Shown here piece after piece: positions 20,256-29,368 of a stretch of DNA of 64,000 bases (the first letter of the stretch is position 1; every line of letters begins with the position of its first letter). The notes beneath the pieces were generated by a model. It searched no databases. It saw nothing but the letters and a program-made list of their open reading frames with translations, and was not told the origin of the DNA. The stretch lies in sequence record OV032902.1; one strand, written 5' to 3'. The position numbers were made by a program, and so were the translations under genes.

Positions 20256-21305
20256 ATGGCTAAATCAGCACCCCAACTTGGCTTTGTCCGTGAATCAGAA
20301 GAAACATTGTCTCACGACATCACTAACCGTGGCGCAACTATGCGTATGCATCTGGCCCCTCTAAAGAACGAGGGTGTTCCGATGAAAGAGTTGTTTTCTC
20401 ATTGGGACCAACACGGTAACGTGGCGTTAAACGGCATTGCTCTTACAGTTGTCAATGATGACGGCAAAGAAGAACTTGTATCCTATGTAGAGATGGCACC
20501 TACTCAAGCGATCGCTATTCTCAATATGGAAACAAAGCGCAATCAAAACATCAAGTTCTTGTTGGGCAAAGAAGACCAGCAAAAAGTCTTCGGTCGTGTC
20601 CTGCCAGGTCTTAATCAACTCGAAGTGAATGTTTGCATCGACGAAGAGAAAGGCATACATGGCGATTATACGCTCGTCAACAATGGTGGCTTTGAAGCAC
20701 CTAGCAGTCTTAAGTTTACAGATCCTGCAAACGAAAAGATTCGTGTTTACTTTGGTGCTATCTCGGGTAAAGACGATACGCTGTTAAATATCTTTGCTAT
20801 TAACAAAGCACAGAATGACAAGATAGATGAAGCTCGTGAAAACCCTACCGAGGAGTTAGAAGTCGATCTTAATTCTACTAGTCCTTTTGGCGAATACAGA
20901 AAGACATCGGAAGTTGAATACGAAACAGTCATGGCATGGCGTTTAACTCCAGCGCAATTGATTGAAGCATCCATGATGGGTACAATTAACGTTATTGATA
21001 AAGTTCCTAATTGGGAGCATTGCGATGATTTATGTATTACTCATGCCTGTACGTTCGACGGTGGTGGCTTTACTGCTAAACTTCGTAAGACAGCCATCGG
21101 TAGAAGAAATGGTTGGGTTGTGACAGAAGATACGGATAAAGATGACAAGATCTTCGGTATCGGTATTGACATCCATGCGCTATCTTTTGACGCTGATAAG
21201 TTTGACTTAAACGTAGTAGCTTTCTTCAATCCAACGAAAGACTATTCTAACTTGTACGACATCGTGCACGTTGCACTAACATTGGAGCCTAAACAAAATG
21301 GGTAA
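20256..21305 (+). CDS. Hypothetical protein, 349 aa
   Basis: AAGGAG RBS before ATG 20256. Confidence 0.75.
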   Translation: MAKSAPQLGFVRESEETLSHDITNRGATMRMHLAPLKNEGVPMKELFSHWDQHGNVALNGIALTVVNDDGKEELVSYVEMAPTQAIAILNMETKRNQNIKFLLGKEDQQKVFGRVLPGLNQLEVNVCIDEEKGIHGDYTLVNNGGFEAPSSLKFTDPANEKIRVYFGAISGKDDTLLNIFAINKAQNDKIDEARENPTEELEVDLNSTSPFGEYRKTSEVEYETVMAWRLTPAQLIEASMMGTINVIDKVPNWEHCDDLCITHACTFDGGGFTAKLRKTAIGRRNGWVVTEDTDKDDKIFGIGIDIHALSFDADKFDLNVVAFFNPTKDYSNLYDIVHVALTLEPKQNG

Positions 21306-21462
21306 CTCATACACCGTAACATGGATGTGCGGAAAAGAAATCATCCAAGAAGTCTACCGTGGCGAATCTCTTTTAAAGGCGATTCTCGCTTATCTAAAAG
21401 CTCGTAAGAACAAACCGGAAGGTGCGTACTATATCGAGTTTATGGACCGTAGCTTCAATTAA
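21298..21462 (+). CDS. Small hypothetical protein, 54 aa (below the ORF-track cutoff)
   Basis: GGAG RBS; MGNSYTVTWMCGKEII...FMDRSFN*; fills the gap before the terminator. Confidence 0.6.
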   Translation: MGNSYTVTWMCGKEIIQEVYRGESLLKAILAYLKARKNKPEGAYYIEFMDRSFN

Positions 21463-21467
21463 TACTT

Positions 21468-21503
21468 ACCCTACTTGCCTTCGGGCAGGTAGGGTTTATT
21501 GTT
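21468..21503 (+). terminator. Intrinsic terminator
   Basis: ACCCTACTTGCC-TTCG-GGCAGGTAGGGT followed by TTATTGTTT. Confidence 0.85.
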
Positions 21504-21519
21504 TGATCTCTTTTTTATT

Positions 21520-21542
21520 TCTATATTACCAACATGGTCATC
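21520..21542 (+). promoter_or_regulatory. Putative early promoter
   Basis: TCTATATTAC-CAACATGGTCAT, T-rich upstream, ahead of ATG 21570. Confidence 0.7.
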
Positions 21543-21569
21543 CGGGCATAAACATAAAAGGAAACCACC

Positions 21570-22094
21570 ATGTCGGTCAAGTTATTAAAAACTCAATTAC
21601 ATAATCTGCGTGCCTACATCAAGTATGAAGAAGACACAGATTCATTGATAGTTGAACTCAAGAACACCAAAAGCCTAGAGAACGACGAATGGGTAACTAT
21701 TCATCGCATGGGCTTTAAAGACTTTGGTCGAGCTGCTAACGAAGACGTAACGATTAGATTTTCAATGTACAACAGTTTACATAAAGCTGTGGACATCGCA
21801 TCTATTACGATACCATTCTATCCTGGCAACTACGAGTTCGAAGAAGTCGTACTCCCACTTATCTTCCGCAGTGATGGACGTGTAACACAAAACAATCCTA
21901 TCATTCCGCGATTCGTGGAAGTAAAGCACTACCAGAACAAAAACACTCACTATGTCTGGAAAGATAATCATAACGCTCATAACTTTATGCGTATGGTCAT
22001 CACAGGCAAGTGGACTCTTCAACCTTGGCCTCTTACTCATCTGGCCCCTGGAACACACGTGGACAAAGAATATGCTACATACATGGACGACTAA
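21570..22094 (+). CDS. Hypothetical protein
   Basis: 174 aa; first gene after the early-type promoter. Confidence 0.75.
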   Translation: MSVKLLKTQLHNLRAYIKYEEDTDSLIVELKNTKSLENDEWVTIHRMGFKDFGRAANEDVTIRFSMYNSLHKAVDIASITIPFYPGNYEFEEVVLPLIFRSDGRVTQNNPIIPRFVEVKHYQNKNTHYVWKDNHNAHNFMRMVITGKWTLQPWPLTHLAPGTHVDKEYATYMDD

Positions 22095-22434
22095 ACGAGC
22101 AGAGATCTGCTATACGTTTGTCGAAGATACAATCGAAATTGAAACTTTTGCCTTGGATGAAATATACCGAGGTAAAGGTTTTGCTAAACAAGAGATGTTA
22201 GACTTTGTAAAGTACACGCAACAATATGACTTTACTGCTGTTCGTCTTTCTGCTTTTGATTCCCGTGACTCTAAAAGTGAAGCTGGCCTAAGTCAGTATT
22301 ATCTAGAAGAGTTTTACAAGAAACTAGGTTTCACTATTTACGACTATGTCAATATCGAAGGCATAGAAACCCCACGGTTCGTTATGCTTAAAAGCGAATG
22401 GAACAGTCTAATCGAGGAAAATGAAAATGTCTAA
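22072..22434 (+). CDS. GNAT-family acetyltransferase-like protein
   Basis: FALDEIYRGKGFAK (acetyl-CoA motif A) and FYKKLGF (motif B); start uncertain. Confidence 0.7.
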   Translation: MLHTWTTKRAEICYTFVEDTIEIETFALDEIYRGKGFAKQEMLDFVKYTQQYDFTAVRLSAFDSRDSKSEAGLSQYYLEEFYKKLGFTIYDYVNIEGIETPRFVMLKSEWNSLIEENENV

Positions 22435-23305
22435 ACCGTACGTTAACTATCAAAGTGTAAGTCCTGATGCTCTACACAACCTGCTGAAAATCCACGGCCC
22501 TACTTTCCAAGGTTTCACTGAGTCCACAATCGAATTCGAAAAGCTTTCGTTGCGTGGTGTTTGGGTTCCTAAAGCATATCAAGAACGTGCTCTAGAATCA
22601 ACCAAGGTAACTTTCGTAGAAGTAGACGGTTGTTTGGCTTTGACGTCTTATCCTGTCTGTGATACTTATAGTACTTTCCTAGCGGCTAAGTTTGACATTG
22701 GCGAAAGCTACGAACCAGACGGTGACGGTAAGATCCCTGAGTCAGGCGTCATTGAATTCTGGGGAGCTGGAAGTACAGCACTAGCTGAACTTTATGACGG
22801 TAAACTCCATGAATATCGTGGTAACTACTGGCTGGCGTTTAACAGCATGGCGGAGTTCGTTGAGCAGTATTCTAAATTGAAGTTACTGAGATCGAAACCA
22901 GAAGTTGCGACTGTGGTTCTTTCTTACATGTTTACCGAAACACCTGGTTGGGCAGGCGGTGTTCAAGGTGAGTTTTATCTAGATGGCGAGTGGTTTGAGT
23001 TTGCTGCAACAGGTAATCTCACTACAACTATCCAGCAAAAGATGTATCACTTCTTTGAGGGTAGTGGTGGTATTCCATTCAACGTCATGATGAAAACAGA
23101 TGCTTTTGAATCTGAAGTAGCAGATGAAATCTGTGAGCGCATGTCTGAAGAAGGCCAAACGGAATTCATTTACCGTAACCTTCGTCCAATCCTGAAACAT
23201 GCCAGAACTGGTAAAGTCCAGTACAAAGCGTTCTCAGTTGAAGATCGCGAGTACTACGACATCGTAACACAAGACCGTAATTACACACTAGAACTAGAGG
23301 GCTAA
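22421..23305 (+). CDS. Hypothetical protein
   Basis: 294 aa, GAGG RBS. Confidence 0.75.
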   Translation: MKMSKPYVNYQSVSPDALHNLLKIHGPTFQGFTESTIEFEKLSLRGVWVPKAYQERALESTKVTFVEVDGCLALTSYPVCDTYSTFLAAKFDIGESYEPDGDGKIPESGVIEFWGAGSTALAELYDGKLHEYRGNYWLAFNSMAEFVEQYSKLKLLRSKPEVATVVLSYMFTETPGWAGGVQGEFYLDGEWFEFAATGNLTTTIQQKMYHFFEGSGGIPFNVMMKTDAFESEVADEICERMSEEGQTEFIYRNLRPILKHARTGKVQYKAFSVEDREYYDIVTQDRNYTLELEG

Positions 23306-23309
23306 GAAA

Positions 23310-24113
23310 ATGGTATCAGCAAAATTCCACGATATTCCTGAAACAGTATTCGCACGTCTGTTTGAAGGTGAAGAGCGCTTTGTCGTTCTTCCTTGTAAAG
23401 GTTTAATTCAGTTAAGCGACAATACGTTCATTACTGATGTACCTGAACGACTTTGGCCTGTTAATACTGGACTTGACATGGACGTAATCCAGATTTCGTA
23501 CTCTCGTCAACCTGAGGGCAATGCACTAGTACTCTATCGTTTCCCGATGACATCTGCTGAAGATGTAAAGAACTACGTGTTTGAAAAAGAAACCTGTGGT
23601 ATCTCTGATTACGTAGACCAAGTTATCGGCGAGCGCGTAGAAAAACGACGTGAAGATCTGAAAGGTCGCATGAAAGATCTGGGTGAGCGCAAGCGTTTCC
23701 AAATGCAATCGCACCCTGAGTCTCGTCGCAATATCTTCTGGGACCCGCAATGGTCTAAGTGGATTGCCGAACGTTCTCCTATGGTTACGGAAAATGACGA
23801 AGACTTGTTCGAAATGGCACAAGACCTAGATCGTCGCTTTACTCAGTTATGGGATAAGCAGCAACATGAGAACTATGATCTACTGAAAAAGTTCATGGAT
23901 ATCATGACTGAGCTTTATCCTCATAAGTCTCCTGCGGACATCATTGCTGATCTAACAGCCGATACATTTGGCTGGTTCACTGAATATGGTCAGCCTCGCG
24001 GTAACTTTGAAGATCTGGAAATCGCTAGTGTTCCTGCTGGCAACAAAGAAGAGTTTGAGTTCTGGCACAAACTTTCTATTACTTTAAAGGATAAACGTCA
24101 AGATGGCTGCTAA
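23310..24113 (+). CDS. Hypothetical protein
   Basis: 267 aa. Confidence 0.75.
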   Translation: MVSAKFHDIPETVFARLFEGEERFVVLPCKGLIQLSDNTFITDVPERLWPVNTGLDMDVIQISYSRQPEGNALVLYRFPMTSAEDVKNYVFEKETCGISDYVDQVIGERVEKRREDLKGRMKDLGERKRFQMQSHPESRRNIFWDPQWSKWIAERSPMVTENDEDLFEMAQDLDRRFTQLWDKQQHENYDLLKKFMDIMTELYPHKSPADIIADLTADTFGWFTEYGQPRGNFEDLEIASVPAGNKEEFEFWHKLSITLKDKRQDGC

Positions 24114-24366
24114 TCCTGCACGTGAGGTGGCCAAGCGCCACTTCAATGAAACACTAAACGGCGTGGCAATGAGTGAGCGCCCTGAGTATTCTAAATCACT
24201 GCCACATCTTAAATGGATGCTGTACATGATCATTATGGGCGAGCTCTCTTCAGAAACGAAAGAGAACCGCTGGTTGGGTTATGTACAGTGTGCTTTAGAT
24301 TTCCATGGTTTGATTACTGTGGAATCCGAGCGCAATGCAACGAGGGATATCTTCAATGGATATTAG
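24103..24366 (+). CDS. Small phage hypothetical protein (HLxWML...KxxRWLGYVQ motif)
   Basis: The motif resembles a small-protein family I recall from many phages; not verified. Confidence 0.6.
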   Translation: MAANPAREVAKRHFNETLNGVAMSERPEYSKSLPHLKWMLYMIIMGELSSETKENRWLGYVQCALDFHGLITVESERNATRDIFNGY

Positions 24367-24772
24367 ACATAGACCCGGTATTTCAACCCGTGAAGTAATC
24401 GAGTTTCTTAATAGCGGTACTAACTTTGCCGTTCTTAAGGAATCACTAGAAACCAAAGAGAAGTCAGTTAAGTGGCTCGTCATTCAGCGTAAATATGCCA
24501 TTCAGATGATCGGTTTCTTGCGCAACCACAAAGAGTTATTTCCGCACAAGCGCCGTAAGGTTGGTCGTGCGATTAACTACGTGGAACAATACATCGCTTA
24601 TCTGAATAAGTATCTTAATGAAGCCAGAGAAAAATTCCGCGGTAAACACGGAATCTTGGGTTATGTCGTTAAACCAATAAAAGACATGCCAGAGCGTCCG
24701 AATTTAGTACGCGGTAAAGACTTAGTCATTGGTGATGACACTTACGTAACTTACAAACCAAAAGGAATGTAA
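24356..24772 (+). CDS. Hypothetical protein, RRKVGR-motif paralog 1
   Basis: GAGGG RBS before ATG 24356; similar to 26621..26920. Confidence 0.7.
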   Translation: MDIRHRPGISTREVIEFLNSGTNFAVLKESLETKEKSVKWLVIQRKYAIQMIGFLRNHKELFPHKRRKVGRAINYVEQYIAYLNKYLNEAREKFRGKHGILGYVVKPIKDMPERPNLVRGKDLVIGDDTYVTYKPKGM

Positions 24773-24773
24773 A

Positions 24774-25427
24774 ATGAAACACTATCGTCAATTGGTGCTG
24801 CAAGAGATGTTAGACTTGTTTGCAGCGCGTGCTAAGTATTTCCGTAACTTCATTATTACGGATAAGGTAACTATCTATCTAGGCAAAGACCACGAAGGTC
24901 CTGAAGAGCCTAAGGAAGGTAGTCTGGTTTTCTCGCATGACCATGTAGCTGGCAAGTTCAGTATTCTCATGGGTAGTAACGAAGAGATGGCTCGTATTCG
25001 TGCTTTACAAAACGAAGAGTCTATGGTTGACTTGGGACTTATCCATACATGGGTGTCTGATCCCTTCGACTTAAAAGGGTTGGAAGACGAAGAGTTTACC
25101 TTTGAAGTAAAAGGTTCACGCTGGAATAAAAACCCTATTGAATCATATTATGGCACGCCATGTATGAAGGTGGTGAAAAACATTGACATTCAACTTCCTA
25201 AAGACAAAAAGTTTCATCTGCGTCTGACGGACAAGCTTGACCCTGTTATTGATCATGGCTTAACAGTGTTTAGCATTATCGCCACTGGTTCTTCTGGCGG
25301 TGGTCATGGCGAAGGTCATTGGGACTCTGGTTTCCTATTCGATACCGAACTAGGTTACATTGCACCTAACCCTAAACGCCACAAAATCGAAATCACACTA
25401 CCATTTGCTGAAGTTAATTTCAAGTAA
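24774..25427 (+). CDS. Hypothetical protein
   Basis: 217 aa. Confidence 0.7.
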   Translation: MKHYRQLVLQEMLDLFAARAKYFRNFIITDKVTIYLGKDHEGPEEPKEGSLVFSHDHVAGKFSILMGSNEEMARIRALQNEESMVDLGLIHTWVSDPFDLKGLEDEEFTFEVKGSRWNKNPIESYYGTPCMKVVKNIDIQLPKDKKFHLRLTDKLDPVIDHGLTVFSIIATGSSGGGHGEGHWDSGFLFDTELGYIAPNPKRHKIEITLPFAEVNFK

Positions 25428-25437
25428 GGAGCACAGC

Positions 25438-26091
25438 ATGAAGTTTAAGTTAAACACAGATCTACGCGAACGTACCGGTAATCTCCTGTCTAGCTTCCGT
25501 AACTATAAAGACGCTCCAGAAGGTCATCATACGTTTTGTGTCCCAGGTGATGGTCTTATCAAGCGCAAGCGTCTTCTAACGGCTATGATGTCTTGGATGC
25601 GCTTTATGCATCACGAAGAAAACATCTCTTACAATGATGTTGACCTACGTGTTCGAAAACTGTCTGGTCCTTTCCTTAAAGTGAAGGGTCTTAAGAATAC
25701 CGAGCACGGCGTATTCTGGTTATTAGAAGGCGGTGCTATCTTAGACCCTCAGACTGTTCATGGTTACTCCATGAAGAAAGAGTATCAAGCACACTGGGAC
25801 ACATTTGCTCCGCTTATCTGGCAGGTAATGTATGTTCGCGGTATGGATGACATTCCTCGCTTTACGTTGATCACGGATTACGAAATCATGCAGAAGTATG
25901 TTAAAGCTAATCCGAACAAAGGCATCTTTACTCGTGCGGTACTGGGTAAGTTTCCTCGTCGCCAAGCAATGGGTAGCGTAGATTGTTCTCTGCCTAAAGA
26001 CGGTAATCCTGATTGTCAGATGCTGACATTAGAACAAGGTTACTGGAAGACCTTTGAACAAGAACAAGAATGCATTACGGGAGGCCTATAA
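25438..26091 (+). CDS. Hypothetical protein
   Basis: AAGGAG RBS before ATG 25438. Confidence 0.7.
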   Translation: MKFKLNTDLRERTGNLLSSFRNYKDAPEGHHTFCVPGDGLIKRKRLLTAMMSWMRFMHHEENISYNDVDLRVRKLSGPFLKVKGLKNTEHGVFWLLEGGAILDPQTVHGYSMKKEYQAHWDTFAPLIWQVMYVRGMDDIPRFTLITDYEIMQKYVKANPNKGIFTRAVLGKFPRRQAMGSVDCSLPKDGNPDCQMLTLEQGYWKTFEQEQECITGGL

Positions 26092-26306
26092 TGGATATCA
26101 TCTTTATCTTTGTTTGTTATACGGCAATCCAATTCTTGGGCGGGATGAGTACATCTGTTTTTGCTGATCTTAAGAAAGGTCCTGCGGATGGAATTAGCCC
26201 TGCTATCGGTTGGGCTATCTGGAGTGCTACTCAGTTAGGTCAAATCATTCTCCTGGCTATTATCATCAAGCTAGGTTATCCATATCTGGAGGCTATCTTT
26301 GGCTAA
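26091..26306 (+). CDS. Small two-TM membrane protein
   Basis: GGAGG RBS; two hydrophobic segments. Confidence 0.65.
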   Translation: MDIIFIFVCYTAIQFLGGMSTSVFADLKKGPADGISPAIGWAIWSATQLGQIILLAIIIKLGYPYLEAIFG

Positions 26307-26610
26307 GATACTATTCTGTGTTTTATACATCAGTATGGCTCTTACCCTTAGTCGACCATGGGCGGTACTTAACAGTCCGCCCTTGACCAATCGTTCTGTA
26401 TTCGTACGCAGACGTTTTGCTGTAGATGCCGCTGACATGAAGCTCTTTAGCATAGAGTTACAAACCACAAAGTGGGAATGCGGCGATACGGATTGGTCTA
26501 GAGGCTGGGGCAAGTCACTCGGTGATTTAACCAGAACAATCAAAACACTGAAGACCTGCGTGGACTTCGATAATCCAAAGGGTCAAGCGGCCCTAGCTAA
26601 ATACGTATAA
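26299..26610 (+). CDS. Hypothetical protein, start uncertain (TTG 26299 or ATG 26437)
   Basis: Open frame; the C-terminal 57 aa look more protein-like than the 5' part. Confidence 0.4.
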   Translation: MAKILFCVLYISMALTLSRPWAVLNSPPLTNRSVFVRRRFAVDAADMKLFSIELQTTKWECGDTDWSRGWGKSLGDLTRTIKTLKTCVDFDNPKGQAALAKYV

Positions 26611-26620
26611 GGAAAGAATC

Positions 26621-26920
26621 ATGGCTACTCGCGAATCTCTTGATCTGTTGGCATACACGCAGAACCAGAAAGACGTACTGAAGACTCTGCGTATTCGTGG
26701 GGCTCTTCAACGTCATATTGAACACATCGAAAAGAAAGAAGCACCTCGCGGCTACTTCCTCCGCATGTGGGATACAACCAATACTGTAATTCGTCTATTG
26801 GAAGTTCATCGCAAGATGCATCCCAAAGACAGACGCAAGGTAGGTCGCTGTATTGCAGACCTACAGTTGTTAGCCGCTACATTCAAGCGCCGCTGGCGTC
26901 TAATGTTAAAAGGAGCATAA
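26621..26920 (+). CDS. Hypothetical protein, RRKVGR-motif paralog 2
   Basis: AAGGA RBS; HRKMHPKDRRKVGRCI. Confidence 0.7.
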   Translation: MATRESLDLLAYTQNQKDVLKTLRIRGALQRHIEHIEKKEAPRGYFLRMWDTTNTVIRLLEVHRKMHPKDRRKVGRCIADLQLLAATFKRRWRLMLKGA

Positions 26921-26921
26921 C

Positions 26922-27386
26922 ATGGCTGCATTCGGAGCTGCGTTCGCTATGGAGGTTACTAAAGGTAACAAACCTAAGCGTCCTAAATACTCGGTACGTC
27001 AACATCGTGCCGCTATCCTCTATAAGTGTCCGCACTGTGAAGGCTTTAACATGCTGGAGCGTACTGGTCAGGTTCAGACTACTGCGACAGAAGAAGACAT
27101 CTCGTATTGTATTACTTCTGCACGCTGGTTTACCTGTGGTGACTGTAATGTTCCAGTCCCTATGGATGAAGCTATTAAGCGCAACCGCAAAACTTTAACC
27201 AACATAGAGCACACGCTTGTTCTTGCTGCGGTAATAAAGCAAGATAGTAAGACTAAGGTATATGATATCTTAGAGCGTAACAATCACGCACTCAATCCGC
27301 CTTCGCGTAGACTTGTTGAGTTGTACGACAAATACTATCCAACTGATCCTTTATCTGTAATGGAATATGAAGAAAATGAAGATTGA
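26922..27386 (+). CDS. Zinc-ribbon-containing protein
   Basis: CPHC...CGDC pair; AAGGAG RBS. Confidence 0.65.
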   Translation: MAAFGAAFAMEVTKGNKPKRPKYSVRQHRAAILYKCPHCEGFNMLERTGQVQTTATEEDISYCITSARWFTCGDCNVPVPMDEAIKRNRKTLTNIEHTLVLAAVIKQDSKTKVYDILERNNHALNPPSRRLVELYDKYYPTDPLSVMEYEENED

Positions 27387-27657
27387 TCATCTGTCTGGCT
27401 TTGAAGCTTTAACTGGTGCTGTTAACCAAGATATCCCTCTGGGTAAGTTTCTAGACTTTTGGCTTGCTGTTCGTAAGCAACAAAAAGAACTGGATGCTCT
27501 TAATCAGCGCATTGGTCAAATGTGTTACGATTACATGGATGCATGTGAAGCTGGTAAAACACCCGCATGTATTACTGAAGCTCGCACAGCGCGCGAAAAC
27601 AAACGCAAAGAACTCGATAGCTTTATTACTGAGTTCGTAGCAGCAAACCCTAAATAA
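27367..27657 (+). CDS. Hypothetical coiled-coil protein
   Basis: 96 aa, helical. Confidence 0.65.
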   Translation: MKKMKIDHLSGFEALTGAVNQDIPLGKFLDFWLAVRKQQKELDALNQRIGQMCYDYMDACEAGKTPACITEARTARENKRKELDSFITEFVAANPK

Positions 27658-27667
27658 GGAAAACAAA

Positions 27668-28228
27668 ATGGAAGCTAAAGCTCTAAAAGAAAAATACCAC
27701 GGCAAAATCGCCCACGTTTCATCGAAAGGTATTTCGATTAATGCTGAAACCCCAATGTACGTTCCGGCCCTGCAAAACACACCGTTTGAAAAATACTTCT
27801 ATGTAGAGGTAGTCGAAATGGAAGACATGCCTGATTCTGTTGTCTTTCGTTTCTTCGATTTCATCCGTGCGATTGCGGCATGTCCTAGAAAGACAGGTGA
27901 AGTCCGTCTAGCGGTACGTTATGACTTCGATGCTGCTCCTGAGGAAGACCACATTCGTTTAGAAGAAGGCGATATCTTTCAAGTCATCCCAGAAGACTGG
28001 GAGTACGATTTAAATGGAAGACCGATCATTTTCCAGGCTACTGAACTTACGTTCATCCTTGACCAAAAGATCACGTACGAAGAGTACGCTAAGCTCCCTG
28101 AGAAGTATCCTGGTCTGAAAGAACTCACACCAAAAATCATTTGCAATCCAAACGGATATTACTCGACCCTATTCGACGATGTCCGTAGTGTTTCGGAAAA
28201 GAATATCACGAGGCTTCAAAATGGATAA
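27668..28228 (+). CDS. Hypothetical protein
   Basis: 186 aa, AAGGA RBS. Confidence 0.7.
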   Translation: MEAKALKEKYHGKIAHVSSKGISINAETPMYVPALQNTPFEKYFYVEVVEMEDMPDSVVFRFFDFIRAIAACPRKTGEVRLAVRYDFDAAPEEDHIRLEEGDIFQVIPEDWEYDLNGRPIIFQATELTFILDQKITYEEYAKLPEKYPGLKELTPKIICNPNGYYSTLFDDVRSVSEKNITRLQNG

Positions 28229-28538
28229 AAGTTTCTACGATGGCTGCAAGGCCATCGATCATCATCTAACACACGGCGTTGTTTTCAACGTCAGCTTTAA
28301 GGACACTAGTATGATTCTTATTTATCAGAACACCATTGACGATGGTTTAATCCGTGAACGTGAATTTCATTTCGATGAGCCGGTCACCATTAAACACGGC
28401 AATGTACTTAAGTCTGGTGTTGGTAGTTTCCGTCTACCTATCAAGGGCAAGCTAAAAGTTTATGCTTCGAAACAACCGGTACGCATAGACCACAGCAAGC
28501 CTGCTTATGAACCTAACCAAAAGAAGGGTAAGAAATAA
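28221..28538 (+). CDS. Hypothetical protein
   Basis: GAGG RBS before ATG 28221. Confidence 0.6.
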   Translation: MDKSFYDGCKAIDHHLTHGVVFNVSFKDTSMILIYQNTIDDGLIREREFHFDEPVTIKHGNVLKSGVGSFRLPIKGKLKVYASKQPVRIDHSKPAYEPNQKKGKK

Positions 28539-29368
28539 TGGGTACATTTATTATCTTGTTTTTCCTCGTGCTTTATGTTGGCATCTTTCTGCTTTACAAA
28601 GATAAGTGGATGGAGAACACTTTCGTAGAGCGCGTTCGCACTATTCGCTGGCCTGACGTTTATGTTCCAATGACTAAAGAAGAAGTCGCTGAACAAGCTG
28701 AAGTCTTCAAGTATTGGTACGACAAGATGCGTGCCGATAACATTCAATTCCGTGGTCATGAACATGTCATTGGTTGTCTAGAATGGACGATCAGAGATTT
28801 GTTTTATCAGCAACTTAATGAGCCGGATTACTTCACATTCTTAGAAGGATACATGATCAATAATCCTGAAACAGGTGAGATTTATCGTGCTCGTCGCAAT
28901 ACAAACAGTACTCCTGACTTTGACCCGTATTCTTGGGAGCTTGTTGCATTGCGTCCTGAAGAAACCGGAATTGATTTCGACGTCAAAGACTGGGAACCTG
29001 ACTTATTGGTATTCGATGCACTGCCTCCTCTGGAAACAGTAGACGAAGGTGAAGTTGTTGTATTGGCTACATTCGAATTCCGTCGTAAGTGGGTTAACAA
29101 TGGTGAGCGTTGGGCACCTGCATCTCGTATGTGGGTAGAACTACCTAGCTTTAACTTTACTGACGGGTTAGATTGGGTAGAAGGTCAACGTGCTGTACTG
29201 GACGACAAGTTTGATCCATGTAACGGAATGATCTTTGAATTTAACAACGGCGAATGGAAGTTCCGTCGCGATTACGACAACAAAGAGAACTGGCCATTTA
29301 ACGGAGTGACTCCTGACCAATGGTTAGATTACTTTAGTATTGATATGGGTCAATGGGAGGAAGCGTAA
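28538..29368 (+). CDS. Membrane-anchored protein, paralog A
   Basis: N-terminal TM; C-terminal LDDxxD..G.(I/V)F...NGE.K motif shared with the next gene. Confidence 0.75.
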   Translation: MGTFIILFFLVLYVGIFLLYKDKWMENTFVERVRTIRWPDVYVPMTKEEVAEQAEVFKYWYDKMRADNIQFRGHEHVIGCLEWTIRDLFYQQLNEPDYFTFLEGYMINNPETGEIYRARRNTNSTPDFDPYSWELVALRPEETGIDFDVKDWEPDLLVFDALPPLETVDEGEVVVLATFEFRRKWVNNGERWAPASRMWVELPSFNFTDGLDWVEGQRAVLDDKFDPCNGMIFEFNNGEWKFRRDYDNKENWPFNGVTPDQWLDYFSIDMGQWEEA

